Origin: an uncultured Actinomycetes bacterium
GTDB taxonomy: Bacteria; Actinomycetota; Thermoleophilia; UBA2241
Length of the DNA: 64,000 nucleotides
NCBI GenBank assembly: GCA_963709345.1
Contig: CAVPVX010000007.1
Location: 576,001-640,000, forward strand
Direction: 5' to 3'
Positions 31,514 through 42,271 of this stretch are shown piece after piece. Position 1 is the stretch's first letter, and each line of letters opens with the position of its first letter. Position numbers and translations under genes: made by a program. Below the pieces are notes generated by a model, which was not told the DNA's origin, made no database searches, and was given only the letters and a program-made list of their open reading frames with translations.

Positions 31514-34500
31514 AGATTCTCTCTCCCAGGAGTTGCCGACCGGTCGTGAGACACGCGGGTCTCGAGTATAGCATCGAGCAAAGATTCGACCCACCGGAGC
31601 AGCGGGGGCTCGGACCCTTCGCGATGCGCGCCGAGCGACGCCCGCTGTTTGAAGTAGACGATGCGCGAGTCGGCGGCGCGCAGGCGCGTGGCGGCGTCGT
31701 CGCCGAGCTCGAGTCCCTCGACCTGCAGGCGACTGCCGCGGTAGGCGACGGCGCTCGCGCCGAGCTCCGCCGCCTTCAGCCGGATCGCCTGCAGGCTCAG
31801 AAGGCTCTCGACCGGCTCGGGCGGCGCGCCGAAGCGGTCGGCGAGCTCGGCGCGCACGTCCCCGAGATCGCCGAGCGTGCGAGCGCGCGCGATGCGCCGG
31901 TGCGCGTCGATCTTGCTGGCCTCGTAAGCGATGTACTCCGGCGGCACGTAGGCAGTGACGGGAAGGTCGACGCGCACCGGGGCCACGGCGGCCGCCTGCT
32001 CGCCCTGCAGCTCGTGCACCGCCTCCTCGAGCATCTGCGCGTACATCTCGAAGCCGACGGCGGCGACGTGGCCGCTCTGCTCGTCGCCGAGCAGGTTGCC
32101 GGCGCCGCGGATCTCGAGGTCGGCCATGGCGATCTTGAAGCCCGCGCCCAGGTCGGTGTGGTCGCTGAGCGTCGTCAAGCGCGCGGCGGCTTCGCTGGTG
32201 AGCAGGTCCTCGCTCGGGTACAGCAGGTAGGCGTAGGCGTGCACGTCGCTGCGCCCGATGCGGCCGCGGATCTGGTAGAGCTGCGCCAGGCCCAGCATGT
32301 CGGCGCGCTCGACGATCAGCGTGTTGGCGGTCGGGATGTCGATGCCGCTCTCGATGATCGACGTCGTGACGAGGATGTCGGCCTCGCCGGCGAGAAAGGC
32401 GAGCATGACCTTCTCCAGGGAGCGTTCGGCCATCTGCCCATGGGCGACGAGGATGCGCGCGTCCGGCGCCAGCTCGCGCACGTGCTCCGCCGCCTGGTCG
32501 ATGGTCTCGACGCGGTTGTGCAGGTAGAACGCCTGGCCGTCGCGCGCCAGCTCCTTCTCGACGGCGATGCGCACGAGCTCGTCGCGGTACTCGCCGATGT
32601 AGGTGCGGATCTCGTGCCGGCCGCGTGGCGGCGTCTCGATCACGGAGATGTCGCGAATGCCGCTCAAGCTCATCTGCAGCGTGCGGGGGATCGGCGTCGC
32701 AGAGAGGCTCATCACGTCCACCTGGAGCTTGAGGTTGCGCAGGAGCTCCTTCTGGCGCACGCCGAAGCGCTGCTCCTCGTCGACCACGACGAGGCCGAGA
32801 TCCTTGGGACGGACATCGGTGCTCAGCAGCCGGTGCGTCCCGACCAGCACGTCGAGGCGCCCCGCGGCGAACTCGGCGAGGGACTTGCGCTGCTCCGCCC
32901 CCGTGCGGAAGCGCGACACCATGCCTACCTTGACCGGCAGGTCGGCGAACCTCTCCTCGAACGTCATCCAGTGCTGCTCGGCGAGGATCGTCGTCGGGAC
33001 GAGGACGAGCGCCTGCTTGCCGGCCTCCACGGCCTTGAACGCGGCGCGCAGGGCCACCTCCGTCTTGCCGTAGCCCACGTCCCCGCAGATCAGGCGGTCC
33101 ATGGGATGCGGCGCCTCCATGTCGTTCTTGACCTCGTCGATGGCCGCGGCCTGGTCGTCGGTCTCGCCGAAGGCGAAAGTGTCCTCGAGACGACGCATGA
33201 GCTCGCCGTCGGGCGGGAAGGCGTAGCCGGGGATCGCCTGGCGGGAGGCGTAGATCTGCAGCAGTTCACCGGCCATCTCGACGACGGCCGTGCGCGCCCG
33301 CGTCTTCACGGTCTGCCAGTGCGTCCCGCCCAGCTTGTCGAGCGACGGGTTCGCCCCCGACGCGCCGATGTAGCGGCTCACCTTGCCGATCTGGTCGTGC
33401 GGCACGAAGACGCGGTCGTCGCCGCGGAACTCGAGCAGCAGGTAGTCGCGCGTGACGCCGCCGACCGTGCGCGTCTCGATGCCGGCGAAGCGGGCGATGC
33501 CGTGGTCCTCGTGCACCACGTAGTCGCCGAGGCGCACGTCGAAGAAGGTCGTGAGGCGCGTGCCGGCCGCGAAGCGCCGCTCACGCGGCGCCGCGCGGAT
33601 CAGCGCACGCTCGTTGATGACCGCGAGCTTGAGCTGCGACGAGACGAAACCCTCACGCAGCGGCGCCGCGACGAAGTACAGCCCCGGAGCCGCTTCTCCG
33701 CCGCGGTCGAGCTGCTCCGGCGTCACGACCTCGGCCGAAAGGTTGCGCAGCCGGTACGTGGCGCGCTCGGCCTCGCCGGCGTGACGGAAGACGATGAACA
33801 CCCGGTAGTCGTCGCGCACGAGGCGCTGCAGGTCGCGCTCCGCGCCGGCGACGTCACGGGCCGCGAACTGCGGCCGTGAGGCCGCGAACTGGAGCGGCTG
33901 GTCGCGCTTGACGATGTCGAGGTGCGGCGCGCGGACGAGAGCGGCGCGGATGTCGGCGAGCGGCACGTAGAGACGCCGGCGCAGGGCATCCCCCGGCACC
34001 GCCGTCGCGACCTCGGCCTCGAAATCGGCGAGAGCGCGATACGTCTCGTCGGCGTTGTACACCAGCCACGGGATCCCGGCCGCCTCGGCGGCTTCGCCAA
34101 GCGTGGTGAAGCCGCCGGCGAGCGCCGCGAGCGCACGCACGGCGGCGCGGCGCTCGAGCTCCTCCGGAGTCTCGTCGCGGCCGTCGCGTTCCCAGTCAGA
34201 CACCGCCTGCCGCAGGCCGGTGATGTAGTCCGGCTGCGCCGTGTCGGCCTCGAAGGCCGCGTACACCGTCACTCCGGGCAGGGTCCCCGTCGTCCGCTGC
34301 GAGTAGATCGAGAAGGTGCGCAGGCTCTCGACGTCGTCCCCCCAGAACTCGATGCGCAGCGGGTCGCCGAGCGCGGGGTATGCGTCGATCAGGCCGCCGC
34401 GCACGGCGAACTCGCCGCGGCCGCGTACCTGCTCGACGCGCTCGTAGCCGAGCTCCGCGAGGCGTGTCACCGCCGCGTCGAACGCCAGTTCCTCCCCCGG

Positions 34501-34896
34501 AGCGAGCCGTAGAGGCCTTGGCTGCAGCTCGAGCGGCAAGAAGCGCTCGAGCAGGGCCACGGCCTCACACACCACCACCGTGCCGGCCGCCAGAGAGGCG
34601 AGGGCCTGCTGGCGCTCGCCGACCACGTGAGGCGAGGGCGCAACGTCCGCTCCGTAGAGCACGCCGCGCGCCGGCAGCACCGGCACGTCGCCGTCGAGGT
34701 ACAGTGAGAGGTCGGCCGCCAGCCGCGTGGCGGTCTCGCCGTCCGGTGCGACCACGACTCGGCTGCCGCCGTCGCGCAGCGCCGCCGCGAGCAGGTACGG
34801 CGCGAAGAAGCTCGGCGCGCACGCAGCCGCGCCGCGCGCCAGGCGCGGCGCGGCTGCGGCGAACGCCTCGTCGTTCAGCAGGTAGTCGAGGAACAC
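31510..34896 (-). CDS. mfd: Transcription-repair coupling factor
   Basis: VRGGLID, GDYVVHEDHG, CGDVGYGKTE, DEEQRFG, SATPIPRTL, QIRGRIGRS and DLEIRGAG. Confidence 0.97.
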   Translation of the reverse strand: MFLDYLLNDEAFAAAAPRLARGAAACAPSFFAPYLLAAALRDGGSRVVVAPDGETATRLAADLSLYLDGDVPVLPARGVLYGADVAPSPHVVGERQQALASLAAGTVVVCEAVALLERFLPLELQPRPLRLAPGEELAFDAAVTRLAELGYERVEQVRGRGEFAVRGGLIDAYPALGDPLRIEFWGDDVESLRTFSIYSQRTTGTLPGVTVYAAFEADTAQPDYITGLRQAVSDWERDGRDETPEELERRAAVRALAALAGGFTTLGEAAEAAGIPWLVYNADETYRALADFEAEVATAVPGDALRRRLYVPLADIRAALVRAPHLDIVKRDQPLQFAASRPQFAARDVAGAERDLQRLVRDDYRVFIVFRHAGEAERATYRLRNLSAEVVTPEQLDRGGEAAPGLYFVAAPLREGFVSSQLKLAVINERALIRAAPRERRFAAGTRLTTFFDVRLGDYVVHEDHGIARFAGIETRTVGGVTRDYLLLEFRGDDRVFVPHDQIGKVSRYIGASGANPSLDKLGGTHWQTVKTRARTAVVEMAGELLQIYASRQAIPGYAFPPDGELMRRLEDTFAFGETDDQAAAIDEVKNDMEAPHPMDRLICGDVGYGKTEVALRAAFKAVEAGKQALVLVPTTILAEQHWMTFEERFADLPVKVGMVSRFRTGAEQRKSLAEFAAGRLDVLVGTHRLLSTDVRPKDLGLVVVDEEQRFGVRQKELLRNLKLQVDVMSLSATPIPRTLQMSLSGIRDISVIETPPRGRHEIRTYIGEYRDELVRIAVEKELARDGQAFYLHNRVETIDQAAEHVRELAPDARILVAHGQMAERSLEKVMLAFLAGEADILVTTSIIESGIDIPTANTLIVERADMLGLAQLYQIRGRIGRSDVHAYAYLLYPSEDLLTSEAAARLTTLSDHTDLGAGFKIAMADLEIRGAGNLLGDEQSGHVAAVGFEMYAQMLEEAVHELQGEQAAAVAPVRVDLPVTAYVPPEYIAYEASKIDAHRRIARARTLGDLGDVRAELADRFGAPPEPVESLLSLQAIRLKAAELGASAVAYRGSRLQVEGLELGDDAATRLRAADSRIVYFKQRASLGAHREGSEPPLLRWVESLLDAILETRVSHDRSATPGRENL

Positions 34897-35071
34897 GCGT
34901 GCCTCCTTCGGCAGCCCTCGGCGGGAGCGGCGGGGCCCGCGCTGCTACCGACGGGCACGCCGAACGCCCCGCGCGCCGGTTCTTTGGCATCCGAGCCGGT
35001 CTCCCGGCTCGTCGGGCGGCAGGGTTGAGAGCACATTCTAGCGGATGCGGCGTCCGGCGGCGTGACTGCCG

Positions 35072-36718
35072 TCAGCGGCCGGCACCCGACTCCGGCGCGG
35101 CGGCGTCGCGGATCACGACGACAGCTCTCGCCGGCGCCGTCTGGCGATTCCCCGCCACGTCGTAGGCGCGTCCGGTGACGGTGTAGGCGCCCTCCGGCCA
35201 GCCTGCCGGGAGCATCCAGACGCCACGCTCCCCGACGGCGACCGCCGGGATGCGGCGCTTCAGCAGCAGATCTCCCTCCTCGTCGCGCGCGTCCAGGACG
35301 ACGACGGCGCTGGCGCTGGAGAACGCGGGGTCGCTCAGCGTCCAGCGCACGGACGCCCTTCCCACCCCGCCGGCGTCCGACGCCACGAGGCTCACCCTCG
35401 GTGGCCGCGTGTCGCCTTCGCCGGGAGCGTCGACGAGCGCCTTGAGGCAGACGTTCGAGTGCGCGTCGCCGGCGCGCGTCACGAGGTCGGTCCAGTCGAG
35501 GCCGTCGGCGCTCACGTACGACTGGCCGCGCCCCGCCCGTGGCGCGATGAGCGCCGAGCGGCGCTCCACGGGGACGGGCTGCACCCAGCCGGGAGTCGCG
35601 ACGCGCACAGCGACCACGAACGGACGGCCCGTCTTCACGGCCACCGGCCGCTCGAGCCGCACCGTGTGATACCCCGGCACGGCCACCGTGCCCGCGGCGG
35701 CGACGGGTGCGCGGGCGACGCCGGCGACCGACCCGGCGACCCGGACCTCGTACGCGGTGCCCGGGACGGGTGTGTAGAAGGCGACCGCGGTGACCGCGCC
35801 CGAGCCGGCACAGCGGAAGCGGCTCGCGAACCACGCCCGGTCCTCGCCGAGACCGGTCCAGCTCGAGCGCCCCAGAGCGTCGTACTGGTAGATCGCATCG
35901 AAGTCGTCCGCGGCCGCAACGCGACTGAAGACCGCGAGCGCGTCCCCGAAGCCGGCATCGTGATACGAGATCCAGAAGTAGCCGTCGTCGCCCCAGTCCG
36001 TACCCCAGCTGTTCTTGACGAGGAAGGCGCCGTCGCCGGGTGGCCGGGTCGCGAACCGGGAGGCAGGGTACGCGTCGTCCCAGCCGACACACGAAACGTG
36101 ATGGTCGAGCTCGTCGCGGGTCGAGTAGTAGGAGCGCGTGTCGACGTTCCAGAACCGGAGTTCCTCGTCGGCGTTGTAGTCCATCGCGGCGTCGACCGCG
36201 CCGAAGGTGCACACCGCCCACTTCACGGCGTCGTTGTCGTACGGCCCTTCGCGCGTCGGCAGGAACAGGATCTCCTGGACGTGTCGGACGGCGCGCAGGT
36301 ACTCGGGCGACTCGCCGGGGCGCGGATACGGGTCGTCCCGCTCCAGCACCGGCCCCTCCCAGCGAGCGTAGTACGCCGCCGACAGCTCGCTCGGCGCCAT
36401 GCCCTCGTACTGCAGCAGCGAGCCGGTCTGGTTGGCGAGGTTGTTGACGGAGAAGCCGGGAGCTACTCCCTCAGAACGCAGCAGCGACGACTCGAGCGCG
36501 CCCGTCGCGGCCATGAAGGCGCAGGTGCTGAACCCCTCCTGCTCGCGCACCGCGGTCACGAGGCCCACGTCGCGCAGGTCGTACCGCGCGGGGAACGGGC
36601 CGGCCGGACCCCACGGCGGCACGCCGGCCCGCCCGGCCGTCGGCAGACCGCCGGAGAGCCCGGCGCACAGAGCGACGGCCAGGATGAGAGGCAGCGCCAT
36701 GCGCGCGGAGCGCTTCAC
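35072..36718 (-). CDS. Secreted papain-family (C1) cysteine protease with lectin-like domain
   Basis: Signal peptide, PARYDLR, Q..STC (catalytic Cys), DHHVSCVGWDD, KNSWG..WG..GYFWISY, IYQYD and NVCLKA. Confidence 0.85.
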   Translation of the reverse strand: MKRSARMALPLILAVALCAGLSGGLPTAGRAGVPPWGPAGPFPARYDLRDVGLVTAVREQEGFSTCAFMAATGALESSLLRSEGVAPGFSVNNLANQTGSLLQYEGMAPSELSAAYYARWEGPVLERDDPYPRPGESPEYLRAVRHVQEILFLPTREGPYDNDAVKWAVCTFGAVDAAMDYNADEELRFWNVDTRSYYSTRDELDHHVSCVGWDDAYPASRFATRPPGDGAFLVKNSWGTDWGDDGYFWISYHDAGFGDALAVFSRVAAADDFDAIYQYDALGRSSWTGLGEDRAWFASRFRCAGSGAVTAVAFYTPVPGTAYEVRVAGSVAGVARAPVAAAGTVAVPGYHTVRLERPVAVKTGRPFVVAVRVATPGWVQPVPVERRSALIAPRAGRGQSYVSADGLDWTDLVTRAGDAHSNVCLKALVDAPGEGDTRPPRVSLVASDAGGVGRASVRWTLSDPAFSSASAVVVLDARDEEGDLLLKRRIPAVAVGERGVWMLPAGWPEGAYTVTGRAYDVAGNRQTAPARAVVVIRDAAAPESGAGR

Positions 36719-36821
36719 ACAGCCCTTCGTTTGGAGTCCGGCGGAGTCACGCCACCACTTATGGTCGGCGCCGCCGGCGAAGTCAAGCGCAGGCTTTCGA
36801 ACGGCCGCGGCGCATCATAGG

Positions 36822-38259
36822 ATGGCGAGCAAGATGGGAGAGACACACAGCGCACATCGACTGGCCGCGCGGGCCGGCGCCCGGACGTTCCGGGTCCGGT
36901 CCGCGCTTTTCGCACTCCTGCTCCTCGCCGCGGCTGCGGCCGGCGGCCTCTTCCCGGCCCGCGCGGCCGCCGGTCTCACCGACAGCATCGACGCCGCTCT
37001 GGCGAAGAGCGGCGTCTCCGCCTCCGGCACCGGCGTCTACATCTGGGATCTCGACGCGGCCCGGCTCGTGTACTCGCGCAACTCCGCCGCGGAGCTCACC
37101 CCAGCCTCGAACATGAAGCTGGTGACCAGCGCCGCGGCGCTCATCGACTGGGGAGGCGTGCACCGCATCCCCACGGACCTGTACACGCCGGACGTACCGG
37201 TGTACGAGGGCGTGCTCTACGGCGACGTGTACCTGCGCGGGCTCGGCGACCCCAGCCTGTCCACTCGCGCCTACCAGCGCCGGGAACTCGACATGACCAC
37301 GGCGTCGTTCGAGACCTTCAGCTGGCGGCTCAAGAAGGATGGCGTCAGAAGGATCCGCGGGCGCGTTCTCGGCGACGCCTCGTGGTTCGACAAGCAGAAG
37401 ACCGTCTCGACCTGGAAGACCCGGCCTGCACCTCGAGTGCGGCCCGCTCTCGGCGCTCTCCGGCAACCAGGGCCTGGACAACGGCAACCGCGTCAGCGTG
37501 CCGGCGACCTGGGCAGCCGGCCTCCTCACGACGTCGCTCCGCGCCGCCGGCGTCAAGGTCACCGGCGACCCCGGCAGCGGCAGGGTGCCCGTCGCGCTGC
37601 GCCTCGCCAAGCGCCAGTACTCGGCGCCGCTCAGCGTCCTCCTCAAGCACATGAACAAGGAGAGCGACAACTTCTTCGCCGAGATGCTCCTCAAGGGCCT
37701 CGGCAAGGACTTCCACGGTGAGGGGAGCACCGCTGCCGGCGCCGAGGCGAGCAGAGAGACGCTGCGAGTCTGCGGCGTCCAGGACGGCACGTACGTCGTG
37801 GAGGACGGCTCGGGCCTGAGCTACGGGAACCGCCTCACCGCGAGGGGGATCGTCACGCTGCTCGGCGCCATGCGCCGGCGGGACGACTTCAAGACCTACT
37901 ACGACTCGCTGGCGATCGCCGGCAAGGACGGGAGTCTGCGCCGGCGGATGCGCGGCACGGCCGCCGCCGGCAACGCCCGCGCCAAGACCGGCACGCTCAA
38001 CATCGCCTCGTGCCTCTCGGGCTACGTCAAGAGCAAGAACGAGCACCGCGTCGCCTTCGCGATACTCCTGAACAGCGACTCGGTGGACGCGGACGCGGCG
38101 TGGAAGGCGCAGGACGCGATCGTCGTGGCCCTCGCCAAGGCGACCCTGACGGGGAGGCGACTGCTGGTGGCCACGCCCAGCCGCCGTCAGCAGGTCGCCT
38201 CAGCGCTGGAGGCGGTTCACGTCGTTGGCGGCGGCCTCCAGCCCGGCGTCAACCCATAG
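36822..38259 (+). CDS. dacB: D-alanyl-D-alanine carboxypeptidase/endopeptidase (PBP4, S13), with frameshift near 37419
   Basis: PASNMK (SxxK) is in one frame. SDN, DGSGLS and KTGTL are in the shifted frame. Confidence 0.85.
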
Positions 38260-38799
38260 CTCGACGGCGTCGGCCGCCGCCGCCACGACCGTGTCGACGT
38301 CCGCCCGGCTCTCGCGAAACGGGCTGAGCACGTAGTCGGCGACCACGTCCGGATCGGTGCTCGGCGGCCGGTCGACGCCGACGCGCAGCCGCGCGTACCC
38401 GGCTCCGACCAGCCCCGTGATGCTCTTGAGGCCGTTGTGACCGCCGCTGCCGCCGCCCTCGAGCAGTCGCAGCCGACCGAACGACAGGTCGATGTGGTCG
38501 TGCACGACGAGCACCGCGCCGAGCGGAACTCTGAGCGCGCGGGCAGCGGCGGCCACGCTGCGGCCCGAGTCGTTCATGAAGGTCGTGGGCTGCAGCAGCA
38601 GGGTCGGCCGGCCGGCGATGGAGCCCTCGGCGCAGCGCCCGTCGAACCCCCGCTTCGCGCGCGGGAAGCCGTGACGCCGCGCCAGTTCCTCGACGACGCG
38701 GTACCCGATGTTGTGCGGCGTGCCCTCGTACGTCGGCCCGGGATTCCCCAGGCCGACGACGAGGCGATCCACGCTCGATGCAGGGCGGAACAGCGCCAC
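38200..38799 (-). CDS. pth: Peptidyl-tRNA hydrolase
   Basis: GLGNPG, HNIG, PTTFMNDSG and GGHNGLKS. Confidence 0.95.
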   Translation of the reverse strand: MALFRPASSVDRLVVGLGNPGPTYEGTPHNIGYRVVEELARRHGFPRAKRGFDGRCAEGSIAGRPTLLLQPTTFMNDSGRSVAAAARALRVPLGAVLVVHDHIDLSFGRLRLLEGGGSGGHNGLKSITGLVGAGYARLRVGVDRPPSTDPDVVADYVLSPFRESRADVDTVVAAAADAVELWVDAGLEAAANDVNRLQR

Positions 38800-38831
38800 G
38801 ACGCCTCGCAGTCAGGCGGCCCGGCGACTGA

Positions 38832-39507
38832 TCAGGCCTCCGACTCGCCTTCCGCGTCGGCCTTGCCGACGATCTCCGGCTCGGCCTGGCCGGCCTCTGC
38901 TGCCTTCGAGGGCCTCTTCGCCCTCGACGCCCTCTTCCTCCTCGACCTTGCGCGGCGGAAGCACCGAGCAGAGCACTTCGTCCGGGTCGTTGAGGACTTC
39001 GACGCCGTCGGGCACCACGAGGTCCGAGACCTTGGCCGTCTCGTTGACGTCGAGCCCGCTGATGTCGAGCACGAGGTGCTCGGGGATGGCGGTGACGAGA
39101 ACCTTGATCGTGACCTCGCGCCTGGACTCGTCGAGCATGCCGCCTTCCTTGACGCCGACCGACTCGCCCTCGAAGCTCACCGCGACCGCCGTCTCGATGG
39201 TCTCGTCGAGGCGGATCTCCTGGAGGTCGACGTGAGTGACCGTCTGCTTGACGCGGTCGAGCTCAAGCTCCTTCACAATGGTCTTGTGGCCGGTCTTCTC
39301 ACCCTCGACGGTGACGTCGAGGACGGCGCGCGTGCCGGCGCTCGTGCCCAGCGCGTCGCGCAGGGCGTGCGGCTCGATGGAGATGAGGACGGCGTCGTGG
39401 CCGTGCCCGTAGATGACGCCGGGGATGAGCCCCGACTTGCGCAACCGCCTGGTGGCGCGAGAACCGGTGACGTCGCGCTTGTGCACGACGATGCTGACGT
39501 TGTCCAT
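38832..39507 (-). CDS. rplY: 50S ribosomal protein L25/Ctc (C-terminal frameshift near 38910)
   Basis: RRLR..G.IPGVIYG, HVDL and GVKEGG. The typical acidic tail AEPEIVGKADAEGESEA* is in another frame, ending at 38832. Confidence 0.9.
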
Positions 39508-39520
39508 GCGTAGTCTCCTG

Positions 39521-40516
39521 CTAGAAGAGCTGATTCTCGCCGGCGAACAATTCGCTCACCGACTCGTCCTCGAACACGTTCTTGATGGTGCGCGCCAAGA
39601 TGTTGGCCACGCTGAGTACCTTGATCTTGGTGTCGTCCGGGGTGAGTTCGACGTGGAGCGTGTCGGTCACCACGACCTCCTTGACGGGCGACCGCCGGAT
39701 GAGCCCGAACGCCGGCCCGCTGAAGATGCCGTGCGTCGCCGTCACGTAGACCTCTTTGGCGCCGTTCTCGTAGAGCGTGTCGACGGCGGCGGTGATGGAG
39801 CCGCCGGTGTCGATCATGTCGTCGACGATGATCGCGATCTTGTCCTGCACGTTGCCGATGAAGTGCATGGTCTCGGCGCGGTTGTGTTCGGGGCGCATCT
39901 TGGTGAGCACGGCGAGGTCGGTGGAGGGCAGGCGGTTGATGAACCGCTTCGCCAGCTTGACGCCGCCGGCGTCGGCGGAGACGGCCACCAGCGGTGTGCC
40001 GCCGAAATCCTTGAAGCGGAAGTAGTCGGCCAGCATGGGCACCGCCGTCATGTGGTCGACAGGCTTCTCGAAGAACCCTTGGATCTGACCCTGGTGGAGG
40101 TCCATCGAGAGGACACGGTCGACGCCTGAGGCCTCGAGCAGCGCGGCGATGAGCCGCGCCGTGATGGGCTCGCGGGCGGCGCTCTTCTTGTCCTGCCGCG
40201 AGTACGGGTAGTAGGGCATCACGGCCGTGATGCGGCGCGCCGAGGCGAGCCGAGCCGCCTGGATCATGATGAGCAGTTCCATCACCTCATCGTTGAGGCG
40301 GTCTTTGGGAGACTGCACGATGAAGGCGTCGGCGCCACGGATGCTCTCGTCGAAGCGGGCGTAGATCTCCCCGTTCGCGAACGTCTTGAGGAGGATCCCG
40401 CCGAGATTGATGCCCAGCTTCTCGGCGATGCGTTCGCCGAGCTCAGGGTTGCTGCGCCCCGAGAACAGCATGAGTCGCTTCTGCGACGTGGTCACGCAGC
40501 AGGAGCTGTCCGCCAC
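39521..40516 (-). CDS. prs: Ribose-phosphate pyrophosphokinase
   Basis: FANGE, PYYPYSRQDKK, DLH and DDMIDTGGS. Confidence 0.97.
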   Translation of the reverse strand: MADSSCCVTTSQKRLMLFSGRSNPELGERIAEKLGINLGGILLKTFANGEIYARFDESIRGADAFIVQSPKDRLNDEVMELLIMIQAARLASARRITAVMPYYPYSRQDKKSAAREPITARLIAALLEASGVDRVLSMDLHQGQIQGFFEKPVDHMTAVPMLADYFRFKDFGGTPLVAVSADAGGVKLAKRFINRLPSTDLAVLTKMRPEHNRAETMHFIGNVQDKIAIIVDDMIDTGGSITAAVDTLYENGAKEVYVTATHGIFSGPAFGLIRRSPVKEVVVTDTLHVELTPDDTKIKVLSVANILARTIKNVFEDESVSELFAGENQLF

Positions 40517-40646
40517 CTCGTCCTCACTTCCGTGTTGGCTGCCGGCCGATTCACGATTGTACCAAAGTAGGCGCGACGCCCGAGCCGGGAGGGCTCACGA
40601 GAGGGACGCCGCTTCGACGCCCCGCCCGCCGGCCCGCCTGCGGCGG

Positions 40647-42068
40647 CTACCGGGCGTCCTCTTTCTGCTCGCGCAGACGCCGCGCGGCACGGCGCTCGGC
40701 GTAGCCCTCGATGTTCTTCTGCTGGTCGCGAGCGACGGCGAGCGCGCCGGCCGGGACGTCGCGGGTGATCACCGAGCCGGCCGCCGTGAAGGCGCCGTCG
40801 CCGATGGTGACCGGCGCCACGATGGTCGTGTCGCTGCCAGTGCGCACGCCGTCGCCGATGGTCGTGGCGTGCTTGTCGTAGCCGTCGTAGTTGGCGGTGA
40901 TGTTGCCGGCGGCGATATTGCTGCCCCGCCCCACGACGGCGTCGCCGACGTAGCTCAGGTGCGGCACCTTGCTGCCCTCGCCGATGCGGCTGTTCTTGAT
41001 CTCGACGAAGGTCCCCGCCTTGGCGCCCTCGGCGAGGACGGTGTTCGGCCGGATGTAGGCGAACGGGCCGACGTTGCATCCCGAGCCGATCACGCACTCG
41101 AGCAGGTGCGAACTGACCACCCGGGCGCGGTCGCCGACGAAGACGTCGCGCAAGAAGCTGCCGGGCCCGATCTCGCCGGCGGCGCCCACAGTGGTGCGCC
41201 CGAGCAGGTGGGTGTTGGCGCGGATGAGCGTGTCGCGGCCGACCTCGACACCCCAGTCGACGAAGGTAGTGCCCGGGTCCTCGACGGTGACCCCGGCGAG
41301 CATCAGGCGCTCGACCAGCCGCCGGCGCATCGCGGCGTTGACCGTGGCGAGCTCGACTCGGGAGTTGACGCCCATGCACATCTCCTCGTCGTCGCTCTCG
41401 AACGAGGCGACCGTGTGCTCGGCGTCGAGGAGCAGGTGGACGACGTCGGTGAGGTACAGCTCACCCTGGGCGTTGTCGCTGCCCAGACGGTCCAGCGCCG
41501 GACGCAGGGCGTCGTCGCGAAAGACGTAGAGGCCCACGTTGATCTCGTCGATGCCGAGCTCGTCGCCGGCGGCGTCCTTGTGCTCGACGATCCGCGCGAC
41601 GCCCCCGGCCGCGTCGCGGACGACGCGGCCGTACTGAGCCGGGTCCTCGAGACGCACAGAGGTGAGCGTCGCGGCCGCGTCGGCGTGGACGTGCCGCTGG
41701 TGAAGGGCGGCGACGAAGGCGCCGTGGACCAGCGGCACGTCCCCGTAGAGGACCATGACGTCGCCGCGGAAGTCGTGCAGCGGCGCCAGTCCCGCGCGCA
41801 CGGCGTCGCCGGTGCCGCGCCGCTCCTGCTGGAGGGCGCGCTCGCAGCCCACGGGGAGGATGTCGGCGATCGTCTCCTGATCAGGGCCCGTGACCACGAC
41901 GATGCGCTCCGGAGACGCGCTCAGCGCCGCGTCGATGACGTAGGCGAGCATGGGGCGCCCGCAGACCTCGTGGAGCACCTTGGGGACGTCGGACTTCATG
42001 CGCGTGCCGAGACCGGCCGCGAGGATGACGACGGCCAGAGGCGGGCGCTTGGCTGCTGCTGTGCTCAT
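40647..42068 (-). CDS. glmU: Bifunctional GlmU
   Basis: LAAGLGTRMKS, GTGDAV, YGDVP, hexapeptide repeats, HLSYVGDA and NYDG. Confidence 0.96.
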   Translation of the reverse strand: MSTAAAKRPPLAVVILAAGLGTRMKSDVPKVLHEVCGRPMLAYVIDAALSASPERIVVVTGPDQETIADILPVGCERALQQERRGTGDAVRAGLAPLHDFRGDVMVLYGDVPLVHGAFVAALHQRHVHADAAATLTSVRLEDPAQYGRVVRDAAGGVARIVEHKDAAGDELGIDEINVGLYVFRDDALRPALDRLGSDNAQGELYLTDVVHLLLDAEHTVASFESDDEEMCMGVNSRVELATVNAAMRRRLVERLMLAGVTVEDPGTTFVDWGVEVGRDTLIRANTHLLGRTTVGAAGEIGPGSFLRDVFVGDRARVVSSHLLECVIGSGCNVGPFAYIRPNTVLAEGAKAGTFVEIKNSRIGEGSKVPHLSYVGDAVVGRGSNIAAGNITANYDGYDKHATTIGDGVRTGSDTTIVAPVTIGDGAFTAAGSVITRDVPAGALAVARDQQKNIEGYAERRAARRLREQKEDAR

Positions 42069-42132
42069 GTGGCTCACCTTGTGGGAGTGACTGTGACCTC
42101 GTGCCGGCGCGGCGAGCCGCGCCTCCTCGTTC

Positions 42133-42207
42133 TGGCTGGGGCGGGAGGATTCGAACCTCCGGATGCCGGGACCAAAACCCGGTGCCTTACCACTTGGCTA
42201 CGCCCCA
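42133..42207 (-). tRNA. tRNA-Gln (anticodon TTG)
   Basis: TGGGGCG acceptor stem, CCGGG-TT-TTG-GT-CCCGG, GGTTCGAATCC and CCA end. Confidence 0.95.
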
Positions 42208-42271
42208 GCGCCCGGCGACCCGGACGCCGTGAGACGACCGGCCGCCCGCCGCGAAGCGGCAGGGCATTCTA

